Source of the DNA: Octopus vulgaris
Lineage: Eukaryota
DNA: 64,000 nucleotides
Assembly: GCA_951406725.2 (NCBI GenBank)
Contig: OX597821.1
Coordinates: forward strand, 73,718,001 to 73,782,000
Direction: 5' to 3'
The notes under the pieces are model-generated. The model searched no databases. It was not told where the DNA came from and worked only from the letters and a program-made list of their open reading frames with translations. The first letter of the stretch is position 1; the number at the start of each line of letters is the position of its first letter. Position numbers and translations under genes: made by a program. Of this stretch, positions 41,101 through 55,433 are shown piece by piece.

Positions 41101-41922
41101 CACTGTGGTTGAACTTTCCCATGTCTTTGCAATACCTCGTGCCTCCACTGCCCTTTATCCGATGTTCCTTTGGTAAAGAAATGCAAAACCAGAACTTACA
41201 AGTGTACACAACAAACACGAAACACCATGGCAAATAGTGCAAGCATATTATTTAGTGCACTTTCAATACAATAGAAAATGCAAAATCAGAACAAAACACT
41301 ACTGGCGACCCAAGCTCACAAGTCTGCGCTCGGTAGTATAGAGAAAATATGAAATGAAAATAAAATTTTTGTAAAGAAAAGTTAAAAAGAAAAAAAAAAA
41401 CATCAATTTCCTTTAGACAGTCCTTGAACATATTCAGGTTTCATAGAGTTGAAAAATGAACAATGTACTAAATATATTTGAAATACTGTCTGTGCTAAAG
41501 TCAAAATTATATATTGTGAGTGAGAGAGATTGTCAACAGAAACGTTTCAATCATTCATGGTTAGTATTTTAGGTCAAAGAAGATGTTAATCATCGTTTCA
41601 TTAAACAGAGAAACCAGTTTGAAAGTTTAAAAAAAAAAGATGAAAAAATGAAAGAAGGAAAAAAAAACCGAAACCAAAAACCCATACCGATAGAATTTGA
41701 CGTTGAATGGACAGATACTAATTAAGATGTCACATGAAAATCGATGTCTTTCGGTGTCTTCGTCTGTTGACTTGGCCCGGAAAGTTAAAAATCCGGATGT
41801 TTTGTCTCGTACTAAGCTCAACCTATCTCGCTTTGCCCTGCAATCATTGCTTTCCGTTCGATCGTCTTTATCTATCGTATCCTACCACATTCTCTTCCTT
41901 TACTTCATCCAGCTTGGCTTAC

Positions 41923-42046
41923 CGGTCTTAGAAGATTGATGATGAGTTTCTACAGCAATGTGAATGACGTCGTTGAAACATATGGCTATTTTATCGCTAA
42001 ATTTATTGTTCCCTTGATCCGACTGATTGTTTGGTACGTCGCTTGT
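41923..42046 (-). other. Candidate 124-nt exon (coding status unknown)
   Basis: Minus strand ttttttttttcgttctcag| acceptor and ccg|gtaagc donor; one open frame TSDVPNNQSDQGNNKFSDKIAICFNDVIHIAVETHHQSSKT; no recognised homology. Confidence 0.3.
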
Positions 42047-42579
42047 CTGAGAACGAAAAAAAAAAGATTGTGTCGAGATATAGTTACGTTTAACAGACAG
42101 GATAAAAGTATCTGGTTTTTGTCTTGATTCTTGTTTTATTCCATCTCTGTCGCTTCCACTGCGTCCGTTCACACACGGCTTTTAATATTTACATAAGCAT
42201 TTCCGCTATGTAATTTCGATATCTGTCTCCCGATAAATCCCACGGTTAGAGGCCAACAAAATATGGCTTTATAATATCTGAACGCTCAAAGAATGCTACA
42301 ACAAAAACGGTAAGAATTATCAAACGAAGGCATCGAAATAATTTCTTTAAGATGCTCCTTTCGAACAAAAGGTTAGATTATTCAAAGAATCATTTATTTA
42401 GTGCCGGAGTTGATTATTTTGGTCGGCGTTTTTTTGTTTTGTTTTTAACAAAATGATATTTTTTGTTCCATCTAATTTTTATTTTATATTTAAAGGATTT
42501 GGGATTATGTATCCAATCCAACTATGTGTACATGCACTTATGTATATATGCTTATAAGTACGCACACTATATATGCATG

Positions 42580-43058
<479 letters not shown>

Positions 43059-43059
43059 A

Positions 43060-44225
43060 TGTCACTGGAAAGCTGCTGCAGTGGATCAAGTGCTTCCTGT
43101 CTAACAGAACCCAACATGTTGTAGTCGAAGGAGTCAAATCCAGCCCAGCTAAAGTCAGCAGTGGTGTCCCACAAGGCACTGTGTTGGGCCCACTTCTCTT
43201 CATCATCTACATAAATGATATTACTGACACCATCAAACGTAGTAACATCAGAACCTTCACTGATGACACCAAGCTCCAGAAGGTCATCAATGGCGTGGAT
43301 GACCGAATAAGCCTTCAGTCAGACCTACTGGCTGTTGTCCAATGGGCGGAAAAGAACAACATGTTGCTAAACGAAGACAAATTCGAACTGATCCACTTTG
43401 GAAGGGAGGACGCTCTGAAACTCCCATACTCCCTTCCTTCTGGAGAAATTCTCATGGCGTCCAACAACATCAGAGACTTGGGAGTAACAGTGGACAACAA
43501 CATAAGCTGGGCTACACATATAAGCAGCAAAGTTGACATGGCCCGCAGAATGTGTTCCTGGATTCTCAGAACCTTCCAGTCAAGAGATTCCCACACTATT
43601 ATCCTTCTGTTCTCCACTTTTGCCCGACCCCACCTTGAATACTGCTGTCCACTGTGGTCTCCCTACACAAAACAAAATATTATGAGAATTGAAGCTCCCC
43701 AAAGGTCAATCACAAAAATGATAGATGGAATGTCAAACCTTGACTACTGGGGTAGACTAGAGAAGCTGAAACTGTATTCACTCCAACGACGCCGTGAACG
43801 CTACATTATCTGTATGATGTGGAAAATATTCCATCAGCACTGTCCGAATGATGTTGGTATCACCTTCAAAATACATCCAAGGCTTGGACCACGTGCCATC
43901 CGTCCACAACAAAAATCCAAATCGCATCACATAACGACAATATGACATAACGACAATTATTTCACCTCAATTGGGCCCGCTCTCTTCAACATTACACTAG
44001 GACACGTCAAAACAGAAACTGACCACACAAAATTCAAGAAGTCGTTGGACAAATTCCTTCAAACAGTCCCGGACAAACCACCCACACTCGGATATGTCTC
44101 CGCAAACAATAACTCTCTGCTCGAATGGGCCTTGGTGCCCAAATCCTGAATTGAAAGACTTCGCCAGGTGGTGCTATTAAGTTAGACATGGCCTGGGCCA
44201 ATACTGGCCAAAACCTTTCTAAGTT
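43060..44225 (+). mobile_element. 5'-truncated CR1-clade LINE (RT C-half to 3' UTR)
   Basis: [56 protein letters not shown]; open for ~290 codons until a duplication of cataacgacaat at ~43930 introduces a stop. Confidence 0.94.
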
Positions 44226-44835
<610 letters not shown>

Positions 44836-45432
44836 ACTCGTCTGTCCAAATATGCTTGAGGCACTGTGGCACCGGTGAAGAAGCTACTCATTGCCTCTGT
44901 CATGGAAAATATATCCCATTTGTAGACAAATGGTGTGTATGCACCTATATCAGCTCGCAGCGCCACCTACCCAGACCGTGAGATCGAAGCATTTCAGAGT
45001 AACTATCACCTCTTTGGTCGCAGACACCAGGTAGACGGCGCTGCGAGCTGATTGAAGAGATTGATTCTCGTATGCTTTTCCGCTCGCCATATGACGACTG
45101 GCAGCGCCGTGCGGTGGCTCACCGGAAGTAAATTACAGAGGGGGTGGGGGGCACTAGGAGCGCTGCCAGTCGCCGTATGGCAACTGGAAAAGCATAAGAG
45201 AATCAGTCTCTTCAATCAGCTCGCAGCGCCGCCTGCCGGGTGTCTGTGATCGAAGAGGAGATAACTACTCTGAAATGCTTGCATCTCACGGTCTGGGTAG
45301 GTGACGCTGCGAGATGATCTATGTGTATACACACCGTTTGACAACAAACGGGATAAATTTACCGTCTCAAAACGCAGTTAGTTGCTTGTTCACCGGTTCC
45401 AAAGTGTCTCAACCATATTCGGACAGAGGATA
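44836..45432. mobile_element. ~600-bp foldback (MITE-like) element
   Basis: ~270-bp imperfect inverted arms (44841-45107 / 45160-45427), ~52-nt spacer. Confidence 0.85.
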
Positions 45433-45474
45433 ATATTACAATTTTACTTATCACTGCTTAGAGATCCCATTCTG

Positions 45475-45533
<59 letters not shown>

Positions 45534-45745
45534 AAACAAGATGCAAAGGATGTTGCGGTACATATGTTCCGGGCTTTATGGAACTCATTCTATATCGAGT
45601 GAAAAAACGGTATGGACGATTTGTTTTGGAGTCTAATAATACCAAGTACGCCTATGAAGATTTACAAACATACATTCCCAATGATACTCGGTTTTTTCTC
45701 AAACCTTTTATAATGTGATACAAGTCTTTGGTGTAGCAATGGCAC

Positions 45746-45838
45746 GCAGCTGAAGAAGGCTTTTGATCTATCTGTTATATCGATTATGCACTGATGTAAG
45801 AATAAGTTGTTCTATAAAGCCCGAAACATATGTACTGC
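45746..45838 (+). ncRNA. Type-I hammerhead ribozyme, canonical core
   Basis: gcag-CTGAAGA-aggcttt...aaagccc-GAAAC-atat-GTA-ctgc; perfect stem I, 6-bp stem II, palindromic ACATATGT helix III; inverted partial copy at 45532-45591. Confidence 0.78.
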
Positions 45839-45952
45839 AACATCCTTTGCGTCTTGTTTTTCATTTATTTCATTTGATACATATATCCTATCACCTATGC
45901 TACTAGCTGGCATACACAGGTGCTTACATTTATAAAGTATTCACCCTGAATT

Positions 45953-46034
<82 letters not shown>

Positions 46035-46054
46035 CTATGTGTGTGTGTGTGCGC

Positions 46055-46102
<48 letters not shown>

Positions 46103-46274
46103 ATGAAAATGGTAAGACAACAAAAGAATGAAAGAGACCTCGATATTATGTAAATAGAGGAATTTATCTGTAAATGTAATATGTGACAATTATTCGGTAG
46201 CCATGACAAAACTCGGAGTATATATGAGAAAGAGAAATGACAACGGAATAAGTGATTATCTTATGAAGTTCATT

Positions 46275-46352
46275 AGCTTACAGCTGTTTCTGCTATAAGA
46301 TGCAGTGGACACAGTCGAGTGCCTGAATAACACTTAGAGCTTCATCGGAGCC
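46275..46352 (-). ncRNA. Hammerhead motif with CCGATGA core variant
   Basis: ggct-CCGATGA-agct...agca-GAAAC-agct-GTA-agct; palindromic ACAGCTGT. Confidence 0.55.
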
Positions 46353-46499
46353 TTGAACATGAAGTGCAATTCATTTGGGAAAGAAATACATTTGTGCATC
46401 TATAGGAAACGGTATGAATATTGAGAAAAGTCAATACAGATGTATATAAGTGTATGTCCAAAATGTAATTAGATGCATTAAAGGAAATATAATGCATAT

Positions 46500-47405
46500 A
46501 CGCAGAAATGAAAATAGCACTGACATCTCAATTTTAACAGATATATTTACCAAAATTACACAAAAATATCTTGAAATACAAACGAGTACATGTATTCAAT
46601 ATAATCGTGATTGACTTCAACTACGGCCTCCAGATGACTCCCGAATCTCCTGCAACTCTTCTGGACAATCTCCTTGTTTAAGTTGGTGAATATTGCCAGT
46701 TTTGTTGGTCTCTCACTCAACTGCGTCCGACACATAATAACCAAGGGGGTTGCAGCCTGGGGAGTTAGGTGGTCAGATGTTAGGGATGATGTGGTTGCAG
46801 AAATTGTCTGTCAGCCATGACTGGGTTCTCCTGCATGTGTGGCATGGTGCAGGCACCTGTTGCCAAACGTAGGGTCTTCCAGCAGTAACCCTCTTGACTC
46901 AGGGCAGCATTACCTCCTCCAGGCACTTGATGTAGGCTTTCGTGTTGAGTCTGATGATATGTACCGAGTGGTATAAAAATCAAACATCTAGTCCACATCA
47001 TGGTGTTTGGAGTGATCATTAGTGACGGCGACGGTATGCCTCCAGTGTGGGAGGATGAATGGAGGCATAACGCCGCCATCACTAGTTGTGATCACTCCAA
47101 ACAGCATGATGTTGACTGGATGTTTGATTTTTATCACTCTCGGTGCATGTCCTCAGATTGCAGTCCTCTGACTGACACACAAACACTTTGAAATGTTCGC
47201 ATTGGAGTTTCCAGCGCGAATGCCAAGCAATACAGCATTTCGTTTCCAAATTTCTGGCAGAGTGAATTGCGTCATGTTGCTGTTTTCCTCACAGACGGTG
47301 CCCAACTGACCCTACCAATGTATGGTCGACAAAATCCAAAACAAACAATGCGCATGCGCGAAATTAAAAATATATGATGGTGACAATTTACCCATCGCTA
47401 CCTGT
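46500..47405 (-). mobile_element. Decayed, rearranged Tc1/mariner of DD37D (maT-like) type
   Basis: AYIKCLEEV, PYVWQQ(V)PAPCHT..TQSWL.DNF, PPNSP(G)CNPL; IMVFGVI.SDGD.MPP is present as an inverted duplication. The D-37-D spacing is inferred from mutated motifs. Confidence 0.7.
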
Positions 47406-47714
47406 ATATGTACGCACACACTGAGGTATCCAACAGATACACAAAGACACACACACACACACACACACACACGCAAACACACGCAAAAGAACGACTCACA
47501 AACACGCAGAGATACGCACACGCACCGGGACATACGTAGACATGCATATGTGTACCCAGGCACCCATATTCACACCGACACACAATTATATATATATATA
47601 CATACACATACGCACACACACGTATATATACATATACACATTACACACAAAGACATACGGACACGTGTATATATATTGACATATGTATGTTATATATGTG
47701 TAAATATATCTATA

Positions 47715-47748
<34 letters not shown>

Positions 47749-48042
47749 GTGTATACACACGCATATGTACACATCTCAATATTATATATATATGTGTGTG
47801 TGTTTGTGTGTGTGTATGCATACATACATACACGGACATATAAATATGTACGTCTGTATGTGTATGTGTTACGGTTAATTCATACGTATCAACTGTGTCT
47901 TCACATTTATCTATCAATCAATCGATCAATCGAGCCGACCATTCCCTGTGTACGCACATTCTTACGCACACGTGCACACACACACACACACAAACACACA
48001 AATATGTGTGTGTGTGTGTGTGTGTATATATACATACATATA

Positions 48043-48078
<36 letters not shown>

Positions 48079-48348
48079 TATATATGTGTGTGTGTGTGTG
48101 TTTGTGTGTGTATCACAGGCGCTTAGATACAAACACACAAATGTAAAATAATCACACACACGCAAACATATGTGCGCGCATGCGCAGTTATTTGTTATTA
48201 ATACCGTATTATTTATGTATTTTCCTGGGTATAATTCCATGTTTCTGGCCTTAAAATAGTTATAAAATAGACACACATCCGATATCTTCATCGACAGATC
48301 GAATGTGAGCGGCGTGAGAGAAGTATCTTTACTTTATGAAGGTAAAGG

Positions 48349-48399
<51 letters not shown>

Positions 48400-49675
48400 T
48401 GTGTTTACAGTCGTTCCGCTGCTAGAGACATTGATCAATGTCCAGAGGAAATAAATGGAATATGTATATATTTGTTTTTATGAGAGTAAGGAAGACATTC
48501 TTGGGACAAACCTGGAATGCCCGTAACAAGCTTCATAGCATTTGGCAATCGAGTATCTGAAAGCGAATAAGATTAGTCTTCTTCAGGGCGTGTGAAAGAG
48601 CACTTATCTGTATGATGCCGAAGCTTCCAGACACCAAGTCTCTCATAAGCTCTCAAAACGCCTCATTGCGCTTGCGCAAGATCACAGAGAACAACTGTGG
48701 ACGCCTTGTACCCATCTCTACTATCGTTAGTCCATGCAGAGCAGGATTTTCAGGCTACTACTATGGAGCTGAACATTAGAGCGCATCGGAGGGTTTATTT
48801 TGGAGACTTCCGACTCCTTGTGGAAATACAAAAGGCCCATTTGGGTGTTATTTGCAGAGACACAAATTTGAGGACCCATCAAAGATAATGTGGGACATAA
48901 ATTCTTTGAATGGAATGGGGAGACGTATCCAGGTTATGGCCGTTTCAACGAGAATATTTTTATACCTATAATTTATGATCACATGTCCCGTTTATATAGT
49001 TCTGCATTACACACACAAACACACACACACATCATTATTTTCTCTTTCTCTGACGTAATATACAATCATATTTCTAATATATATGCATGTATCCTAGGAA
49101 TTAGAAAGTGTTGTAAGCATTTAACTTTTTAATGCGGCAAGCTGGCAGAATCGTTATCACGCCGTGCACAATGCTTAGCGGCGTCTTTACATCTGAATAC
49201 AAACTGTGTCGCGGTCGACTTTGCCTTTCATCTTTTCTTTTTTCCTTTTTTTTCTGATCCCTTTTGATCGGAATTTTACATTTGTTTCCTTTTTTGTTTC
49301 CTCTTTTCTTTTTCCATCTTCGAAAAGAAAAGCTTTACATTTGTATTTGTCCCCTCTGTATTTCAGCCTTGTGTGGCCAATAAAGAAAGTTATCCTTTCA
49401 GGGTTGATGTAATCGACTCACCCCACCCCAGACTTGCTGACCTTGTGCCAAAATTTGAAATCGATGTATATGCAGGCATATGTGTATATATGTGTATGTG
49501 TGTGCAGGTGTGTATAAATTTAAGCGAGTGAGTATATTATATTTAAGAAAAAATATAATTAGACTGATCGGGAGATAAATTGATAAATAGACTGATATAT
49601 AGACCCACGGATTTATAGAGAGAGGGATAGATGAAGAGGATGGAGGGAAGGGAAGGGAGAGAGAGAGAGGGAGAG

Positions 49676-49753
<78 letters not shown>

Positions 49754-50316
49754 GTATGTAATTTGAACATTTTGAATTATTTTTGCTTTGTCAACTAAAA
49801 GTTTAGTTGTGTTTTGGTGATAAGAACTCCTTTAATGAAATATGCCACAAGAGTTCGATAAGAAGTCATTCTTCAAACGATCCTATATTTCCGCCACGTG
49901 CAACAAACAGATAATCAACAGAACATTCGAGGCCGAGACGATTCTTTTCGAAACGGATGTTTCGTAATTAAAGAAATATTTAACACTGAACAACAATCCA
50001 ATGACTCGTTATGCAACATGTCTCTTCTAATTACGCTTCTCAAGGCACTTAATGGCTTTCGTCTATTATTCAGTGTCCAGCAGATTTGTATGGTGGTGGT
50101 TCTAACAAGCGATAGAATGACCAATTGAAGCACTTCCTCACAGCCTCTGCTATTACTGCTGAGGTCTTTGAAAGATTTGCTGCAGATCGGAAAATGTGCT
50201 GAAGAGTTGTTTACTATGGTGTGCAGCTGTTTGAAGCTGGACTTGCCTCATAAAAGAGTGGAAGACGAGTAATTGGTCAGCGTTGACAAGCTCAATCGCA
50301 GAAGCATCAATAATGT

Positions 50317-50465
50317 TCATTATTTACATCATTTACATTTGACGGATATTTGTCCTCATCTTGTTTGTTAACACAACGTTTCGGCTAATATAACCTCCAG
50401 CCTTCATCAGGTGTCTTGAGGAAGTTTCGAATCTGGGTTCTCATTCCTAAGGTATTTTTCGATGC

Positions 50466-50500
<35 letters not shown>

Positions 50501-50666
50501 TCACTGCTTGGAATTGAACTCGGAATCTTGGGGTTAGGAGCTCGCGCACTTAACCACTTTAAAATGTGTAGATGTGTGGTTAAGAGCGGGGGCTATTAAT
50601 CCCAAGATTCCGAGTTCGGTTCCAAGCAGTGACCTGAATAACAATAACAACAACAACAATAAGATA

Positions 50667-50706
<40 letters not shown>

Positions 50707-50879
50707 CATCAAAAAATACCTTAGGAATGAGAACCCAGGTTCGAAATTTCCCCAAGACACCTGATGAAGGCTGGAGGGTATATCAGCCGAAACGTTGTGT
50801 TAACAACAAACAAGATGGTGACAAATGTCCGTCAAATGTAAATAATAGAAATAATTCCTCATCTCTTAAATATAGAACT
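50317..50879. mobile_element. Second palindromic dimer of tRNA-like + (AAT)n + hammerhead module
   Basis: Intact hammerheads at 50370-50415 (-) and 50756-50801 (+): gacac-CTGATGA-aggctg...cagcc-GAAAC-GTT-gtgtt; probable TSD gcatcaataatgt / gtattaataatat (10/13). Confidence 0.85.
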
Positions 50880-51114
50880 GTATTAATAATATTGTTGTTC
50901 GCTGATGTCTGGCTTGTGTTCGTATTTGTCTCTTTTGCATTGGTGTCGCATCTGCATACTCTTTCAAAGACGAAGCAGAACTGAAAGACCGGAAAGAGGA
51001 AAGACAACGACGAAACAATAGGTAAGTATAACCACGTTGGAAATTATGAAGTCGTTAAAGACGCTGACGACGATGATAACTGATGAGTCAGTAATCTCTT
51101 GGGGCAAACTAGTC

Positions 51115-51492
51115 GCTGGTGTGACTGAGCTGTAATAAGCTTGCTTCTCAACCACATGGTTCCGGATTTAGTTCCACGGTATGGTACCTTGGGAAAATGT
51201 CTTCTACTATAGCTTCAGGCTGACCAAAGTCTTCTGAATGGATTCGGTAGACGGAAACTGAACAGAAGCCCGTCGTGTATATATATATATAATATATATA
51301 TACAAGATAAGAAAATCTTGTATCAGTAATTTGTGGTAAATAATTTTACCTTCGCCCATATAATACAGTAATTGAATTGATTGCATCGGAATCCTTAACA
51401 TATTTGTATTAACTTTGTTGGGTACTACACTAGCAGTATATTGGATATATGTTATCCCCTGGAAGGTTGCATTTACAACCCCTATCTCAATT

Positions 51493-51555
<63 letters not shown>

Positions 51556-51782
51556 ATGTATGTGTGTGTGTCAGTGTGTATTTCCCACCGCATCACCGCT
51601 TGAAAGCAATGTTGTTTTGCATACGTCCCCGTAACTTAGTGCTTCGGCAAAAGAACCGAGAGAAGAAGTACCAGGCTTAACAAAAAAAAAAAAATGGTAT
51701 CTGGGGCCATTCATTCGACTAAAAGTTCTTCAAGGGCGTGCCCCAGCATGGCCGCTGTCTAATGACTGGAACAAGTAAAAGA
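51115..51782 (+). mobile_element. SINE family B with ~300 bp inserted in its internal (TA)n
   Basis: 5' half 51115-51277, 3' half 51565-51782. Confidence 0.8.
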
Positions 51783-51799
51783 TAGATATTTTAATTTGT

Positions 51800-52329
51800 A
51801 CTCTAGGCACAAAACCTGAAATTTTTGGGGCGGGGGCCAGTATGCAACTGGTACCGAAAGGCAAAGTCAACCTCGGCGAAATTTGAACTCAGAACGTAAA
51901 GACAGACGAAATACCTATTTCTTTACTACCCACAAGGGGCTAAACACACAGAGGACAAACAAGGACAGACAAATGGATTAAGTCGATTACGTCGATCCCA
52001 GTGCGTAACTGCTACTTAATTTATCGACCCCGAAAGGATGAAAGGCAAAGTTGACATCGGCGGAATTTGAACTCAGAACGTAACGGCAGACGAAATACCT
52101 ATTTCTTTATTACCCACAAGGGGCTAAACACAGAGGGGACAAACAAGGACAGACATAGGTATTAAGTCGATTACATCGACCCCAGTGCGTAACTGGTACT
52201 TAATTTATCGACCCCGAAAGGATGAAAGGCAAAGTCGACCTCGGCGGATTTTGAACTCACAACGTAACGCAGACGAAATACCGCTAAGCATTTCGCCCGA
52301 CGCGCTAACGTTTCTGCCAACACGCCGCC
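51800..52329 (-). mobile_element. SINE family A: head + tandem units + terminal unit
   Basis: Same architecture as 5947-6532. Confidence 0.92.
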
Positions 52330-52816
52330 TTAGAAGATATTTTAATACTTTACGGAAGTAGAGAGACAATGAACTCTCCACAAGATGCGAACTCAAGTCC
52401 CTTCACCGTTTAAAAATATAGACTAATTGACTTGAACAACACATCCTTGCAGCTCTGCTCTCAGGACAATAAAAAGCGGTCAATAAATTCCAGCCCATTC
52501 TATGCACTGCACCCTTAAACTAATTTACCCCGATCTCAACCCCAGGATCACCTTCCGTTGACGATTAAACAACCTTTCCCATCTCAAATTGGTATTTCAA
52601 TAAGAACCCTTAATTCATTTAGATATTTATAGCGCTTTCCAGTAGTTAAACGTCGATAAAGCCGATGATTTCTCGCTCATTAACGCAACACCAGGAACTC
52701 AGCCTGCCCTCCTGCTATCTTTACTGGCGTTGACCTTCAATGGAACTATTGGAATTTCGGGGCAGTTGCTCTTCGACATTTATAAACATGTCGATTCTCT
52801 AATATATACACTGAAC

Positions 52817-53000
<184 letters not shown>

Positions 53001-53134
53001 TGTAATATATTTTAGGTGAGGTTAGGACAATCATACAATCATCTAACGAATTAACGAATTAACTATGAACGTGTGTCTGTGTCTGTTTATCTCTACCCCT
53101 GTCTCTGCTTCTCTCTCTCTTTCTCCCTCTCTCT

Positions 53135-53188
<54 letters not shown>

Positions 53189-53251
53189 AAAAAGAAATGG
53201 TGAATAAAAATAATATATGCGTATATATCTATGTGTGTGAGTGTATATATT

Positions 53252-53972
<721 letters not shown>

Positions 53973-54043
53973 GTAATACACACACACACACACACACACA
54001 CATATATCACATATATATATAAAGGTTATCTTAGAGATCTCTT

Positions 54044-54516
54044 ATGAAGAAAAGAGAGGATGAAACCGATAAACTGTCCACAGTCTATCTAACCTATGTG
54101 AAAGGCCTCCCCGAAAAGATGCAAAAGATACGCGGCCCATATGACATCAGGACAGTATTCAAGAGTAATACAACACTTCGCAAATACCTCCTTCGAGTAA
54201 AACCACCAATAGAAGAGACTACGTGTACTCCATCTCATGCAGCTGTGGTAGGTTATACAAAGGCGAAACATGCCGTCCCCTCAAAATAAGGGTAGAGGAA
54301 CATCACAAAGCTTTGACACGGGGAGATATTGATAAATCGGGTATAGCTGATCATGTATGGAAAAATGGAGACCACCGGCCCCTGTGGAATGAAGTTAAAA
54401 TAATAGACAGAGAACATCACTGGAAAATACAAAAACTAAAAGAAGCAGCATATGTGCTGGGACACAACAAACTCCTAAGCAGACCGAGTGCAGATACCGG
54501 TATTAAGGAAGGATAG
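54044..54516 (+). pseudogene. Penelope-like element C-terminus: RT-thumb/linker and GIY-YIG endonuclease (frameshifted)
   Basis: LTYVKGLPEK...IRTVFKSNTTLR, then VYSISCSCGRLYKGETCRPLKIRVEEH...KSGIADH...KLKEA, the typical PLE VY-C-C-YIGET-R-L-R-EH signature. Confidence 0.9.
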
Positions 54517-54557
54517 GAGAATATTAGATTTATAAGCCCTAAAATTCACTCCACAAT

Positions 54558-54770
54558 TGCTCACGGGCGTAGTGGTTAAGAGTGCGGGCTACTAACCCCA
54601 AGATTCCGAGTTCGATTCCAGCAGTGACCTGAGTAATAATAACAACAACAACAACATCGAAAAATACTTTAGGTTCGAAATTTTCCTAAGACACCTAATG
54701 AAGGCTGGAGGGTATATCAGCCGAAACTGATATACAAATATCCGTCAATTGTAAATAATTCCTCATATCT
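54558..54770 (+). mobile_element. PLE 3' terminus: tRNA-like sequence, (AAT/AAC)n, mutated hammerhead
   Basis: gggcgtagtggttaagagtgcgggctactaaccccaagattccgagttcgattcc (A and B boxes), then gacac-CTAATGA-aggctggagggtatatcagcc-GAAAC; same module as the two dimers. Confidence 0.85.
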
Positions 54771-54771
54771 G

Positions 54772-54855
<84 letters not shown>

Positions 54856-54992
54856 ATCCATCCATCCATCTGTCTATCCATCTCTCTCTCTCTATCTATC
54901 TGCTTCTTTCTGTCTATCTACCTTTCTCTGTCTGTCTACCTACCTCTCTCTATCTATATGTCCATCTATCTACCTCTCTGTCTGTCTACCTC

Positions 54993-55060
<68 letters not shown>

Positions 55061-55077
55061 CCTACCTACCTACCTAC

Positions 55078-55141
<64 letters not shown>

Positions 55142-55150
55142 ATCTACATG
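54770..55150. repeat. (TATC)n microsatellite
   Basis: Directly visible. Confidence 0.95.
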
Positions 55151-55433
55151 TATCTATGTATATGCGTATGTGTAGTTATAGTAGGCTATTTACAGCGTTA
55201 TACCGGCAATACATATAATAACAATACACTTAAGTGTGCCTTGTCGAGATGCCCAGATGTGTGGAAGTAGACACGACGAAGAAACTCGTTTTGATGGATT
55301 TATTGGTGGTGCATCGAAAGAAGCAAAATCCCTGTTAGTTTTAAGCCTCTGAAGCTGGTATTAATGAATACCACTGCACGAAATGTAACAATCGCCGAAG
55401 CCAATAGAAAGCCGATAGCGAGCTATTGAATAC

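Noticed and set aside
54565-54630. Functional tRNA gene (apparent ACT anticodon)
   Set aside because: Acceptor and T stems pair poorly, copies vary, and it is embedded in a mobile module; treated as tRNA-derived.
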